Assembly: GCA_965203175.1 (NCBI GenBank)
Contig: OZ241867.1
Coordinates: 1,920,001-1,984,000 of the forward strand
DNA: 64,000 nucleotides
Source of the DNA: Candidatus Latescibacterota bacterium
Lineage (GTDB): Bacteria; Latescibacterota; UBA2968; UBA8231
Direction of reading: 5' to 3'
A model generated the notes under the pieces. It ran no database searches and was not told the origin of the DNA. It was given only the letters and a program-made list of their open reading frames with translations. Positions 39,062 through 49,154 of this stretch are shown one piece after another. Positions within the stretch are counted from its first letter, which is position 1; each line of letters begins with the position of its first letter. The translations under genes and the position numbers were made by a program.

Positions 39062-40708
39062 ATGAAACACCTCCTACTGGCCTGCTTGGTTTTTTCGACT
39101 AGCTGCAGCCCTCCCGAAGAATCTCTCGTGGCGGAAGTTGGCCCGCAGCAGATCAGCGCACGCCTGTTGCGCCTCTATGTGGAAGAACTGCCCGACGGGC
39201 TACGGACCCAAAAGACGGGCGATGAGGCCCGCCAGTACTACCTCCAAGCCCTGATAGACCGCCGACTTTTGCTGCTCGAAACCCGTTCCCGAGGACTCGA
39301 TACCACTACCACTTTTCAAAATTCAGTCCAAGACGCCGTCAATGCCCGGGTCAGGTCGATATATAAATCACAGGAAATAGCTTCTAAAGTCAAAATATCA
39401 AGTGAGACAGTACGTCGCCATTTCGAAAGGGAGGGCTACGGTCGAGAGCGCCTCCTCAACGCCATCAAAGTAGGGAGCCGGGCTGCCATCGACACCGTTC
39501 TTCAGGAGCTGAGGGCAGGCCGCCCCTTTGAGGAGGTCGCCCGGGCTCGCTCTCTGGACGAGCGCTCGGCCGAACGGGGTGGCGAGTTGGGCTTTATCGG
39601 TCGGGACCAGCTCGAGTCGCTTCACATCCCACCGCCGGTCTTCAAGAACCTACCTCAAGATCAACTCTCAGAGCCCCTGCCCGCCGGTTCTGCGTGGCAT
39701 ATTCTGCGCTTTAGTGAAGACCGGCCGGCCTCTTATGAGAAATACCAAGGGAGGATTGCCAGTCTGCTTTACCAAAAGCGCCTTGCCCAAGCAGAGGCCG
39801 AACACTTGGAGCAACTGCGCGATTCCTTCAACGTCCTCTTAAACTCGTCTGCCCTGCGCGAGTTAGTCAACGCCTATCAGGCAAAGCAACCCGCGCTCAT
39901 AGCGGGAAATTCAACGCCTTTATACACCTATAAAGGCGGCGAAATAACCCTGGGGCAGGTCCAGGAATTTTTGCGTCAGAGGAATATCAGTTTTGGCCTT
40001 GCAGACAGCGCTCAAGCTGCGGTTGCCCTGAACCGGTATTTTTTGGAGGCCCATCTGATCCAGGAAGCAGCCCGCAAAGACGGTTTTTACCAAACGCCTG
40101 AGATGCAGAAGTTTGTCGAGCGCACCGCGAATGCCAACCTTCTTGAAATCGTGAGAAAGAGCGTCATAGCCGACCTAATTGACCTCTCTGAAGAAGACGT
40201 GCGCCACTATTACGACACCCATTTGGAGACCTTCCGCCACAGCGAGGCCGTTTGGATTGAGGAGGTGCTGCTCCCCACCCAAGCCGACGCCCTACAGGTC
40301 AAAGCCCAAATAGAAGCAGGCGCATCCTTTGATCAATTTGTCGATAAGAGCTTGAGGGCCGACGCACAAAAATACAATGGGCGATATCATTTCCACATGC
40401 TGGGAAAAGCTCGCTATCCCGTGCTTGTACCCGCTGTTTTCCAATCCCAACAGGGCCAACTCGAAGGTCCTTTGCAAGTAGAGGGAGGCTACTCTGTATT
40501 CCGCGTCCTAGAACGGGAAGAAAGCAGCATCGAACCTTTTGAAACTGTTCAACAGCGGGCTCGAGCACTGGTCCGTCTAGAGCGGGAGACCCAAGCGCTA
40601 AATGCCTTTTTGGTGCAACTGAGGGAGAAATATGCTGACCAAGTCAAAATCTACCCCGACCGCCTCAAGGAAGCAGTGCCCGACTCCCTATTGCTAGTCC
40701 AAAACTAA
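39062..40708 (+). CDS. Lipoprotein peptidyl-prolyl isomerase with two parvulin domains (PrsA/PpiD-like)
   Basis: Lipobox STSC. FEEVARARSLD..SAERGGELGF, plus a second domain GASFDQ...GPLQVEGGYSVFRV. Confidence 0.85.
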   Translation: MKHLLLACLVFSTSCSPPEESLVAEVGPQQISARLLRLYVEELPDGLRTQKTGDEARQYYLQALIDRRLLLLETRSRGLDTTTTFQNSVQDAVNARVRSIYKSQEIASKVKISSETVRRHFEREGYGRERLLNAIKVGSRAAIDTVLQELRAGRPFEEVARARSLDERSAERGGELGFIGRDQLESLHIPPPVFKNLPQDQLSEPLPAGSAWHILRFSEDRPASYEKYQGRIASLLYQKRLAQAEAEHLEQLRDSFNVLLNSSALRELVNAYQAKQPALIAGNSTPLYTYKGGEITLGQVQEFLRQRNISFGLADSAQAAVALNRYFLEAHLIQEAARKDGFYQTPEMQKFVERTANANLLEIVRKSVIADLIDLSEEDVRHYYDTHLETFRHSEAVWIEEVLLPTQADALQVKAQIEAGASFDQFVDKSLRADAQKYNGRYHFHMLGKARYPVLVPAVFQSQQGQLEGPLQVEGGYSVFRVLEREESSIEPFETVQQRARALVRLERETQALNAFLVQLREKYADQVKIYPDRLKEAVPDSLLLVQN

Positions 40709-40887
40709 ATTCAGCGCTATTTTGTGGATTCGCGTCGGCGTGCAACCGTCTCAAGCGAGCAACTCACGCTGTGAGCACCTATCCTCGATAACCGCCATTA
40801 AACGATTTTAAAAAAATTGTCTATAATGACCTGTATTTCTTAGAATAATACTGTACGATGCGATTGATATGCGCACAGGAGGCCCCT

Positions 40888-43800
40888 ATGAGACGCCCTA
40901 GTTACTCCTCTCGCTGCCCTGCCCTGATTCTCATCTTCTTGCTCGGCCTGAACCTCGTGCCAGCCCAGCCCGCTGAAGCTCAGAAGCGGGGATACCGGAT
41001 CGCCGGCAACCAAATCGTCGTCAACTCCCCAGCCCATTGGGAGCGTTGGAGCATGCCCATACATGCCGTAAACATACTCCCCTCCGGCGGCGTCCAGCCC
41101 CACTCCTCCCGCTCCCGATTCAATATCTTAGACGACTTGGAGACCTATGCGCGTCGCTTGCCGGAACTCAGGCGCAAGAAAGGTCAGACCGCCGTCTCAA
41201 ATATCGACAGCACTGAAACGCTGGATGTCTTCGGCAACGTTATACGCGATCGCAAAAAAAATCCCCTCTACACCCATCTGTCCCGCATAGGTATCAGCCG
41301 CGTTGGATCCAATCCCAAGGCCGCAGCCAATATTCTGGACGGCGACCCCAATACCTTCTGGGAGCCCGACTTCAACGATCCCATAGAGGAGTGGTGGGTT
41401 GAGGTGGACCTCGGCCGGAGCCTGCCCGTCGATGAGTTAGTCTTAAACTTTGTCGATGAGTCGTTGGGCGATCCCTTCCGCCAGTTCAGAATATTGAGTG
41501 CCCCTTTCCAAAAAATTCTCAACCACGAGGCGAACGAAATCCCCTTTCGCCGCGAAGGCGGCACCAAAGGCTCCAACGAGGACCAACGGGTGTTCTCTTT
41601 CCCCCTAGAGCAATTCAAGGCTGACCCCAATTGGACTGGGGAAACCGTCCAGGTAATCCGCATTGTAGTAACCGATTCCAGATTCGGCCGGCGCAAGTTG
41701 ATTTCAGAGGAGGAATGGTCTGCTCTGAATCCGGCGGACCGAGGAGATGTTGTCTACTATATTAAGAACCAACGGGGATTCGAAGAACCGGTTGAAAAAT
41801 CTGTTTACGACGATCTGTCGCCCGAACGCCAAGGCAAAATAGAGCACTACATCCGCGAGCGGCCTCGGCTGGCCGACATCCAAGTCTGGGGATTTGGGGA
41901 CAATCTCAGCCCGAGGCTCGTAGAGGGGGGCGGCTCGGCCGGTTTCTATGGGTCCAACGATTCCTTTTCTCCGGCCCCGGCATTTGACGGGGATGGAGGC
42001 TCCAATTTTATCCACCTAGTCTGGTCTCCGACGGTGGACCGGGGAGTTTTATTCGTGGATATGGGAGCTACTTTCTGGTTGGACACCTTTCGCATGTCCT
42101 CCTCCCTGCCTCGGCTTCAGATCGATGGCTATATTCTGCGCGGCTCGGACGGGTCGCGGGATTCTAGCGGCCGGATCAAATGGCGGCGCATAAGTGATCG
42201 GGCCCGGGAACACAACCTAGCAGATCTGTTCGAGCACATAATGGATATATACCAGCCCCCTCCCAAAGTACGCTTCCTGGAAATAACCATCGTCTCCGAT
42301 GACCCCAGGCGCCGGGGCGGTTATGCCGCCGGTCCGAACGTCTCCGAATACCAACTCTTCTCAAATGGCTATCCGGCTGTAGTAGAGTTGGTCTCGGATC
42401 TGATAGAACTGCCAGGAACGAAGAATCTAGGCGGCATCACTTGGGAAGGCGAGACTCCACCAGGGACCACGCTGGAGGTGCGCACCCGCACTGGCGATCT
42501 GCTGGCCAAGGAGATTCGCTATTACGACAAAGGTGGTACGGAAATTACCGCCGACGCTTGGAAGAATCTCATCGGCAGTTTTAAAGGTCCGGCGGACACC
42601 ACCTTTATCCCGACGAGAGGCTGGAGCCCCTGGAGTCGGGCCTACCAGAACCCGGGAGATCCGGTGACCTCCCCTGGGTTGCGGAAGTTCATGCAGGTCC
42701 AAGTCAAAATGATCACGACCGACCGAAATGTCTCCGCCTCCATACAATCTATCGGCATTGAAATGGCCACCCCTGTGGCCGAACTCATTTTGGCCGAAAT
42801 GTGGCCCATTGATATTCCCACTCCGGGCATCGTCGATACCTTCGAAGTATTCATCCAACCCAATTTTACCGAAAGTCCCTTTAGCGCGCGCAGTGCTGGG
42901 TTCGATGAAATCCTGCTGACCATGCCTGCCTCCCAAAGCATGGAACTCCTCGAGGTGGGCCTAGACACCGATCCCTTGACCGATGGGGAAGATCAAGTTT
43001 TTCTTCCCACTGGAGAGGGAGGTTTCGTCGCCGGAAACGGTGAGGCGCTCCAGTTCTCGGGTCCCACCACTGGCTCCGATTCTATCTGGGTACAACTACC
43101 CACCTCACTCCATAGCCTCTCCGATTTGCCCAAAATCTATAACAAGATTACCGCAGAAGGCGATCAAGTACCAGTAACAGGAGACGGCCTGCTGCTCTCG
43201 GGGGATTCTTACGGCCTGCTCCATGGCAAGGAAAAGGGAGATATCCTCTATTTCGATGCAGAGGGCAACTCTATCGATCAGGCCGCCTACCTGGCCCTCA
43301 ACGAGGAAGAGCAAGGCTTCATGCGCTTCTTTAGGCTGCTGAACGGAGACGGGGCTCAGTTTCCCTTCGACGAGGTGGGGGATTCCCTCGATGTTACCTC
43401 CTACAACCGCCTCTCCAGAAAGGAAAAAGGCAATATAGTCGGCCGAGGTCCGCTGGTACGGCTGCGCTATAGGGCACCGGTCTTTCTCAATGGCACTACG
43501 CTGCGCCTAGCGGTACGCAATACCAGCAGCGGCAGTGATGCTCCATGGCAGATCATCGCTGCCGGCGATGCGACTCCTTTGGTGGCGAGCAATTCCCTTA
43601 CTATCAATGTACCGTTGGAGAGCAAACCCATCGATAAATTTAGTCTAGCCCCCAATCCCTTCACCCCCAATGGGGACGGCATCAACGACGAGATTGTGAT
43701 TCGCTTCTCCATCTTTAAAATAACGGCCAACCGCCAAGTGAAGGTGAAGATTTTCACTCTAGATGGCCGCTCGGTATGGGAGGCGACGCAGATGCTCGAC

Positions 43801-43947
43801 AGCGGCCACGTTTCAATCCGCTGGTCCGGCGAAGACCGCAACGGCCAAAGAGTGGCACCCGGGCTCTACCTCTGTCAGCTAGAACTGGATGTAGACAACC
43901 AAACAGGCGGGTCCACCCAAACCCGTCTGCTTTCCGTCGCCTACTAG
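40888..43947 (+). CDS. Large secreted protein with discoidin-like domains and CHU_C/FlgD-Ig C-terminal domain
   Basis: Signal peptide AEA-Q, ILDGDPNTFW...VDLG, RTRTG...WSPWS...SPG, PNPFTPNGDGIND...PGLY. ATG 40888 after AGGAGG. Confidence 0.8.
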   Translation: MRRPSYSSRCPALILIFLLGLNLVPAQPAEAQKRGYRIAGNQIVVNSPAHWERWSMPIHAVNILPSGGVQPHSSRSRFNILDDLETYARRLPELRRKKGQTAVSNIDSTETLDVFGNVIRDRKKNPLYTHLSRIGISRVGSNPKAAANILDGDPNTFWEPDFNDPIEEWWVEVDLGRSLPVDELVLNFVDESLGDPFRQFRILSAPFQKILNHEANEIPFRREGGTKGSNEDQRVFSFPLEQFKADPNWTGETVQVIRIVVTDSRFGRRKLISEEEWSALNPADRGDVVYYIKNQRGFEEPVEKSVYDDLSPERQGKIEHYIRERPRLADIQVWGFGDNLSPRLVEGGGSAGFYGSNDSFSPAPAFDGDGGSNFIHLVWSPTVDRGVLFVDMGATFWLDTFRMSSSLPRLQIDGYILRGSDGSRDSSGRIKWRRISDRAREHNLADLFEHIMDIYQPPPKVRFLEITIVSDDPRRRGGYAAGPNVSEYQLFSNGYPAVVELVSDLIELPGTKNLGGITWEGETPPGTTLEVRTRTGDLLAKEIRYYDKGGTEITADAWKNLIGSFKGPADTTFIPTRGWSPWSRAYQNPGDPVTSPGLRKFMQVQVKMITTDRNVSASIQSIGIEMATPVAELILAEMWPIDIPTPGIVDTFEVFIQPNFTESPFSARSAGFDEILLTMPASQSMELLEVGLDTDPLTDGEDQVFLPTGEGGFVAGNGEALQFSGPTTGSDSIWVQLPTSLHSLSDLPKIYNKITAEGDQVPVTGDGLLLSGDSYGLLHGKEKGDILYFDAEGNSIDQAAYLALNEEEQGFMRFFRLLNGDGAQFPFDEVGDSLDVTSYNRLSRKEKGNIVGRGPLVRLRYRAPVFLNGTTLRLAVRNTSSGSDAPWQIIAAGDATPLVASNSLTINVPLESKPIDKFSLAPNPFTPNGDGINDEIVIRFSIFKITANRQVKVKIFTLDGRSVWEATQMLDSGHVSIRWSGEDRNGQRVAPGLYLCQLELDVDNQTGGSTQTRLLSVAY

Positions 43948-44097
43948 CGGGAAGGCTCAAGGCTCATAGTCCGCTACCAATGTATTGGAAAGAGCTTGAC
44001 AAGCTGTCCAACTTAGTATATCTCTACGCGCGAATAACTTATAAGTATAGGATCAGATCACGATCCCGCTGAAGTTAAGACAACGCAAAGGAGGCAG

Positions 44098-46785
44098 TTG
44101 GTGATTACACGAAGATCAGCTTTTTGCCTCGTTTGGGGCGCAATCTATCTGAGTTTGATTCCATTTCACGCCCTAGCTCAACAGTACGGAAACCGTCTCG
44201 GCACGGTCCAGCGAGGGGGAGAAGTATCCTTCCAACCCAGGGGCCCAGGGGTGCTCTTTGGTGCCCTAGACCCGGCCCAGAGGAAATGGTATGTACCCCA
44301 AGAACTCTTTAATGAGTACCAGTGGCGCCAGTGGGAGTACTCCAACTATGCCCGGGAACATTTTCAGAGGTATGTCAATATCGTCAATGAAGGCGATTCT
44401 TTCTACGACCTCTACGGCAACTATATCACCCGGGGTTGGGTTATCTTCAATAATTCCCAAACCCAGCCGCAACAGTTTGGCTCTTCCATCCTCAAAGCCA
44501 ACAGGTTTGATCAATGGTTCAGCGGTGCCCTTATCTCGGCCGATGCCAAGGGCCAAAACTACTATGCCCTGACCATAGGCGCCGCCCTCCGCACTACCCT
44601 CACCCCCATGACCTTTTCCAAACCTCGCTGGGACGGAATCCAATTCGACTACGCCGCCGACAAGTACCAGGGGACTATAATCTACTCGCGCATCAGTCAG
44701 CCCGGCGGCACTACTACGAACGATATTGAGACTCTAGCGACCAACACCACGTCCCTCATTGGCGGGCGCTTTACCACCCAAGTCGGCGATTTTGCTACCA
44801 TTGGTCTCACCAGCGTCAATAGTCACCAGTCCAATACCATCATCGATGGATTCGCCGGCAATCCCATCACCGGCGAACTGACTCTGGACCAGAACAACAC
44901 CATTTCTGCCATTGAAATTGTCCTGCGCGATGACTCGCCTGAAGACGGAGTGGGAGGTGCCGCCTTCTTCCCGGCCGGTTCCGATATTATCATCACCTAC
45001 CTAGACGGTACGGTGGACCGGGGCAAACAAATTCGCTTTGAGCCCGTCATCGAAGGGGGTTTTGTCCGCGAAGGCTTTCTCTCAGCAGATGGCACCGAGG
45101 AAATTCGCCTGCGTTACGACTTTGACAGCCCGGCTTTTATCAGCCGCGCCAGTTCCTCCAAGGAAGATATCAAAAAGGTGAAATTCCGTCTGGTTCTGGG
45201 CAACGATTACCAGGTGTGGGTGACCTCGGATCGGCAATTGAACCAATCGGACGTTTCGGTTTTGATTTTGCAGGCCCAAGCCGAGGGCAATGTCCAAGAC
45301 AATACCAACCTGCAGGTAGTCAGCTTCGAGTATGGTCTGCCCACGGCTACCCAGATCTGGGGCGGCACCTTGGAGTTGAATGAGGTTTTGGGCTTCGATT
45401 TCTACGGCGAATACGACCTGAGCTATTCCTATACTAAGTACCCCAACGTCACCATCGATGCCACTGAGAAAGACCACTCCACTTGGTCGGGCATCGATGG
45501 AGACCGAGCGGCTCCGGCTTGGATGATCAACCTGTCGCGCGCCGATTACCCTTGGTTCGTCTTTGCTGAAGCCTACAGCATGGATCCGCGCTACAACACG
45601 AGGACCTTCACCACCCTCAGTTCCGGCTTTATCGATTATGAGGACGAACGCGCCCATGTACTAGAATTGGTGGAGGACAACGACGATCAGGACCAATTCC
45701 CCGATACGGTCCGCAAAGACTGGAGATCAGGCGACCAGCAGGTCTATCCGGGTTGGGATGAAAACGGCGACTTCATATCTGACTTCAACCAAAACGACAA
45801 CCGCTCGTTGACCAACTCCATTCCCGACTACGATGAGCCTTTTCTGCGCCACAACGTGGATCGTCCCGAGTTTCTCTTTGGGGTCGATATGAACAACAAC
45901 GGCTGGATCGACCGCTTTGAAAACGACGAATTGCCGGATTATCCCTACAAGAAGGATCACCGAGGCTACAACATCTATTTTGGCACCCATCTGAGCCCAG
46001 AGATGCGCATCACCCTTGGTGCCCTGCGCGAGGATCTGATTTCCTCGGACCAAAAGAACCAGGCGAGGTACGCTCTCTTCACCTTGGACCGCGATACGGC
46101 CACATGGGGGCATTGGCGTCTTTTCAATATGCTCAAGTCAGTGGAAGACGATATTGCCGACGATTTACTGCAGTGGCTGCCCAACGCCAATATTCGCACC
46201 GGCGAATCCACCAAAATCGAGGATCCTCTCATCGGGCGCGACGCTTGGATCAATTCCCTATGGCTAGGCAATGACTACAAACTCAGCGGATTTAAGGTCA
46301 GCAACTACCTAAAGTACGATTTCTACCACCAGCGGCTCAGCCAGAATGAGCGCGCTCCTCTGGGCTTGCGCGAACAAGATTTCTTCTTTGGCCTTATCAA
46401 TAAAGCCAGCTACCGCTTCGACTTGGGCAACCTGTGGCTCGAACCGCGCTGGAAAAGCGAATTCCGCTACCAGAGCATCGATCTAACCTCCACCGATAAA
46501 CGCCGAGAGCTCATGGAACTAGGCGGCCTTATTTTGGGATTTCCCCTGCTGGCCCATACGAGTGTTCAAGCTGGTCTGGAGTTCTCCCGCTTCGACGATT
46601 TCGAAAACGACATCAATGACTTCAATGGCGTGGTGAGTGCGGTGCAATTTAGCAATGATTCGGCCTACCTAGGGTACCAGTTGACCACTCGGATGGGCTT
46701 GCAAATAGATCGCCGCAAAGCCAAAGGGAAAAGCGCGAGCATCATCACCCAAAGTTTCCTCACCGTCTATGCTGGTATACAGTAA
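44098..46785 (+). CDS. Secreted, probable outer-membrane protein with Asp/Asn-rich Ca-binding-like loops
   Basis: Signal peptide ALA-Q. Aromatic-rich amphipathic strands, especially in the C-terminal third. DNDDQDQFPD, DENGDFISD, DMNNNGWID loops. Start may be GTG 44101. Confidence 0.55.
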   Translation: MVITRRSAFCLVWGAIYLSLIPFHALAQQYGNRLGTVQRGGEVSFQPRGPGVLFGALDPAQRKWYVPQELFNEYQWRQWEYSNYAREHFQRYVNIVNEGDSFYDLYGNYITRGWVIFNNSQTQPQQFGSSILKANRFDQWFSGALISADAKGQNYYALTIGAALRTTLTPMTFSKPRWDGIQFDYAADKYQGTIIYSRISQPGGTTTNDIETLATNTTSLIGGRFTTQVGDFATIGLTSVNSHQSNTIIDGFAGNPITGELTLDQNNTISAIEIVLRDDSPEDGVGGAAFFPAGSDIIITYLDGTVDRGKQIRFEPVIEGGFVREGFLSADGTEEIRLRYDFDSPAFISRASSSKEDIKKVKFRLVLGNDYQVWVTSDRQLNQSDVSVLILQAQAEGNVQDNTNLQVVSFEYGLPTATQIWGGTLELNEVLGFDFYGEYDLSYSYTKYPNVTIDATEKDHSTWSGIDGDRAAPAWMINLSRADYPWFVFAEAYSMDPRYNTRTFTTLSSGFIDYEDERAHVLELVEDNDDQDQFPDTVRKDWRSGDQQVYPGWDENGDFISDFNQNDNRSLTNSIPDYDEPFLRHNVDRPEFLFGVDMNNNGWIDRFENDELPDYPYKKDHRGYNIYFGTHLSPEMRITLGALREDLISSDQKNQARYALFTLDRDTATWGHWRLFNMLKSVEDDIADDLLQWLPNANIRTGESTKIEDPLIGRDAWINSLWLGNDYKLSGFKVSNYLKYDFYHQRLSQNERAPLGLREQDFFFGLINKASYRFDLGNLWLEPRWKSEFRYQSIDLTSTDKRRELMELGGLILGFPLLAHTSVQAGLEFSRFDDFENDINDFNGVVSAVQFSNDSAYLGYQLTTRMGLQIDRRKAKGKSASIITQSFLTVYAGIQ

Positions 46786-46797
46786 TTTCTCCCAGGC

Positions 46798-49077
46798 ATG
46801 ACTGCACCTTTTGCCCCAGGCGACTGGCACCGCCTGGGGCTTGCCCTTTTGTTGGGCCTGTTGGCGCTAATCCTCCGCCTTATCTACTTGGAGCAAATTC
46901 GGGATAGCTTATTCTTTAATATCCCCATCGTAGATGCCAAAACCTATGCGGAGGATGGACTCTATCTAAGCAGTCAGTCCTGGGCCGGCCGACCGATGCC
47001 CTTCTGGCAGCCGCCGCTGTACCCTTATCTCTTGAGCCTCTTTTTCTGGTTTTCCGACCAAAACCTCTACCTGCCGCGCCTGTTCCAAGCTCTGCTCGGA
47101 GCGGGTATATGCGTCTTTACCTACATTCTCGGCCTCCGCGTTTTCTCCTTTCCCGTAGCTTTTGGGGCCGGGTTGGTCGCTGCTTTTTACGGTCCGCTGA
47201 TCTACTTTGGCGGTGAGTTGCTGCCCACTATTCCGGCCATTTTCCTCAACCTGCTGTTGCTGTTACATCTGAGCCGCCAGCCCAGTCCAGATCGCTGGCC
47301 CTATCTGGTCTCCGGCCTCTTGCTAGGTATATGTGCCTTGGCCGTAGCCAATATTCTCTTGTTCCTTCCCTTCCTGCTTTTCTGGTTGTGGTCCACTGGT
47401 AAAAGGGCACATATTGCCCTCTCTCGCATCTTGCAACAGGGCGTCCTCCTTCTTTTGGGATGTGGCCTTGTTATCGCTCCCGTTGCGCTGCGTAATTATC
47501 TCGTTGGCGGCGACCTAGTGCTGATTTCCCATAATGCCGGGATCAATTTCTACATCGGCAATAACCCCGACTACGATCACACGGTCAATATCCGCCCGGG
47601 GCAAGACTGGCTTCACCTAATTGAAAGCCCCGAAAGAGAAGCAGGTATTGAACGCCCCTCGTCAAAGTCCCGCTTTTTCTTTGCGCGCTCATGGGCCTAT
47701 ATCGCTGATGCTCCCTTGGATTACCTGAAACTTTTGGGGCGCAAACTCTATCTTTTTTGGCACGGTGACGAAATCCGGCGGAATCTCGATCCCTATTTCG
47801 CCCGCGGCGATTCGACCTTGCTCCAAGTTTTACTGTGGAAGTTTGGTCTGGCTTTTCCCTTTGGGCTAGTGGGGCCTTTCGCCCTGCTCGGGCTGGCGTT
47901 CTTCGGGTGGAGCAAAGAAGGCCGTACCCCCCAAGGACGTCTGCTGTTATTTTTTCTTCTCGCCTACATGCTCTCGGTGATTCTCTTCTTCGTGACTACT
48001 CGCTATCGCCTACCTGCCGTGCCTATTTTGTTGCTCTTTGCCGCTTTTGGCCTGTACAGGCTCTGGTACACATCTCATCGCCTCTGGGTCTTGGCCGGCG
48101 TAATCGGGGCCGTAGTGCTGACCAACTTGGGCACCGGTCGAATGGATATGGCAGGGGACACTCAGCAGCGCTTCTGGATGGGCTATGCCTATGAGCAGAA
48201 GGGCATGATCGCCAACGCCATGCGGGAATACCGCGCCGTGATTGAGGACCGTCCCGATCACCGGAATGCCTTGTTGAGCCTGGCCAACCTCTACAACGCA
48301 AAAGCACAACACGCCGATGCCCTAGAAATCTACCATCAATATTTGCGCTTTTATCCCGAGACCGTTCCCGCTCGTTTTCTGCTGGGCAATGCCTATCTGG
48401 GTGCCCAGTTGTATCAGGAGGCCATCGCCATCTACTCCGATCTGGTTCCTCTGCGACCCCAATGGGCCGCCCTCCACGGCCGCCTAGGCTACGCCTATGT
48501 AATGGCTGGCCAGCCCCAGCGCGCCATCCAAACCTATCGCCAAACCCTTGACCTCCAGCCGGATTCGAGCCTAGTGCGCTACCAGTTGACCCGGCTCTAC
48601 GAAGAGACCGGCGACATAGATACAGCCGAAAAAGAGTGTCGCATCCTGCTGAGCCAAGAACCGGAAAATCCCCAGTACCATACCCTTTTGGCCAATCTTT
48701 TGCTCAAACGCGAAGGAGTTGCAAAAGGGGCAAACTCGCTAGGTCGGTCCCCCCGATTGCTAGCGGCAGAAGACCATCTGCTTCAGGCTATCGGCTTGGA
48801 TGCCAATTCCGTCCAGACCCGCTGGAGTTTGGGTCTGCTCCTAGCCCGACAAAAGCGCTACACTGAAGCAATTGAGCACTTCGAGAAAATCCTGCTCTTA
48901 AGGCCCACAGAGTTTGAGGCCCACAGGCACCTAGGCAATCTCTACAAGCGCGCCGGAGACCTCAAAAAGGCCGACGAACACTACGGTCTTTATAGCCTTG
49001 CCGATCAGCAACAAAAAATGCGGCAACGAGCCGAAACCTCAATAAAAGAACAATTGACAAAAATCTTGGGGAAATGA
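46798..49077 (+). CDS. GT-C (PMT/GT39-like) membrane glycosyltransferase fused to TPRs
   Basis: LRLIY...VDAKTY, PPLYPY, NFYIGNNP, RYRLP, multiple TM helices, C-terminal TPRs. Confidence 0.85.
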   Translation: MTAPFAPGDWHRLGLALLLGLLALILRLIYLEQIRDSLFFNIPIVDAKTYAEDGLYLSSQSWAGRPMPFWQPPLYPYLLSLFFWFSDQNLYLPRLFQALLGAGICVFTYILGLRVFSFPVAFGAGLVAAFYGPLIYFGGELLPTIPAIFLNLLLLLHLSRQPSPDRWPYLVSGLLLGICALAVANILLFLPFLLFWLWSTGKRAHIALSRILQQGVLLLLGCGLVIAPVALRNYLVGGDLVLISHNAGINFYIGNNPDYDHTVNIRPGQDWLHLIESPEREAGIERPSSKSRFFFARSWAYIADAPLDYLKLLGRKLYLFWHGDEIRRNLDPYFARGDSTLLQVLLWKFGLAFPFGLVGPFALLGLAFFGWSKEGRTPQGRLLLFFLLAYMLSVILFFVTTRYRLPAVPILLLFAAFGLYRLWYTSHRLWVLAGVIGAVVLTNLGTGRMDMAGDTQQRFWMGYAYEQKGMIANAMREYRAVIEDRPDHRNALLSLANLYNAKAQHADALEIYHQYLRFYPETVPARFLLGNAYLGAQLYQEAIAIYSDLVPLRPQWAALHGRLGYAYVMAGQPQRAIQTYRQTLDLQPDSSLVRYQLTRLYEETGDIDTAEKECRILLSQEPENPQYHTLLANLLLKREGVAKGANSLGRSPRLLAAEDHLLQAIGLDANSVQTRWSLGLLLARQKRYTEAIEHFEKILLLRPTEFEAHRHLGNLYKRAGDLKKADEHYGLYSLADQQQKMRQRAETSIKEQLTKILGK

Positions 49078-49081
49078 CCCA

Positions 49082-49110
49082 TTGACATGCAAAACTATTT
49101 CGCGCATAGT
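49082..49110 (+). promoter_or_regulatory. Putative sigma70 promoter with overlapping inverted repeat
   Basis: TTGACA-N17-CATAGT. AACTAT-N7-ATAGTT overlaps the -10. Confidence 0.45.
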
Positions 49111-49154
49111 TCAACATTAGGCCACTCAGTTCCAACCTTTGCTGAGGAGATGCC

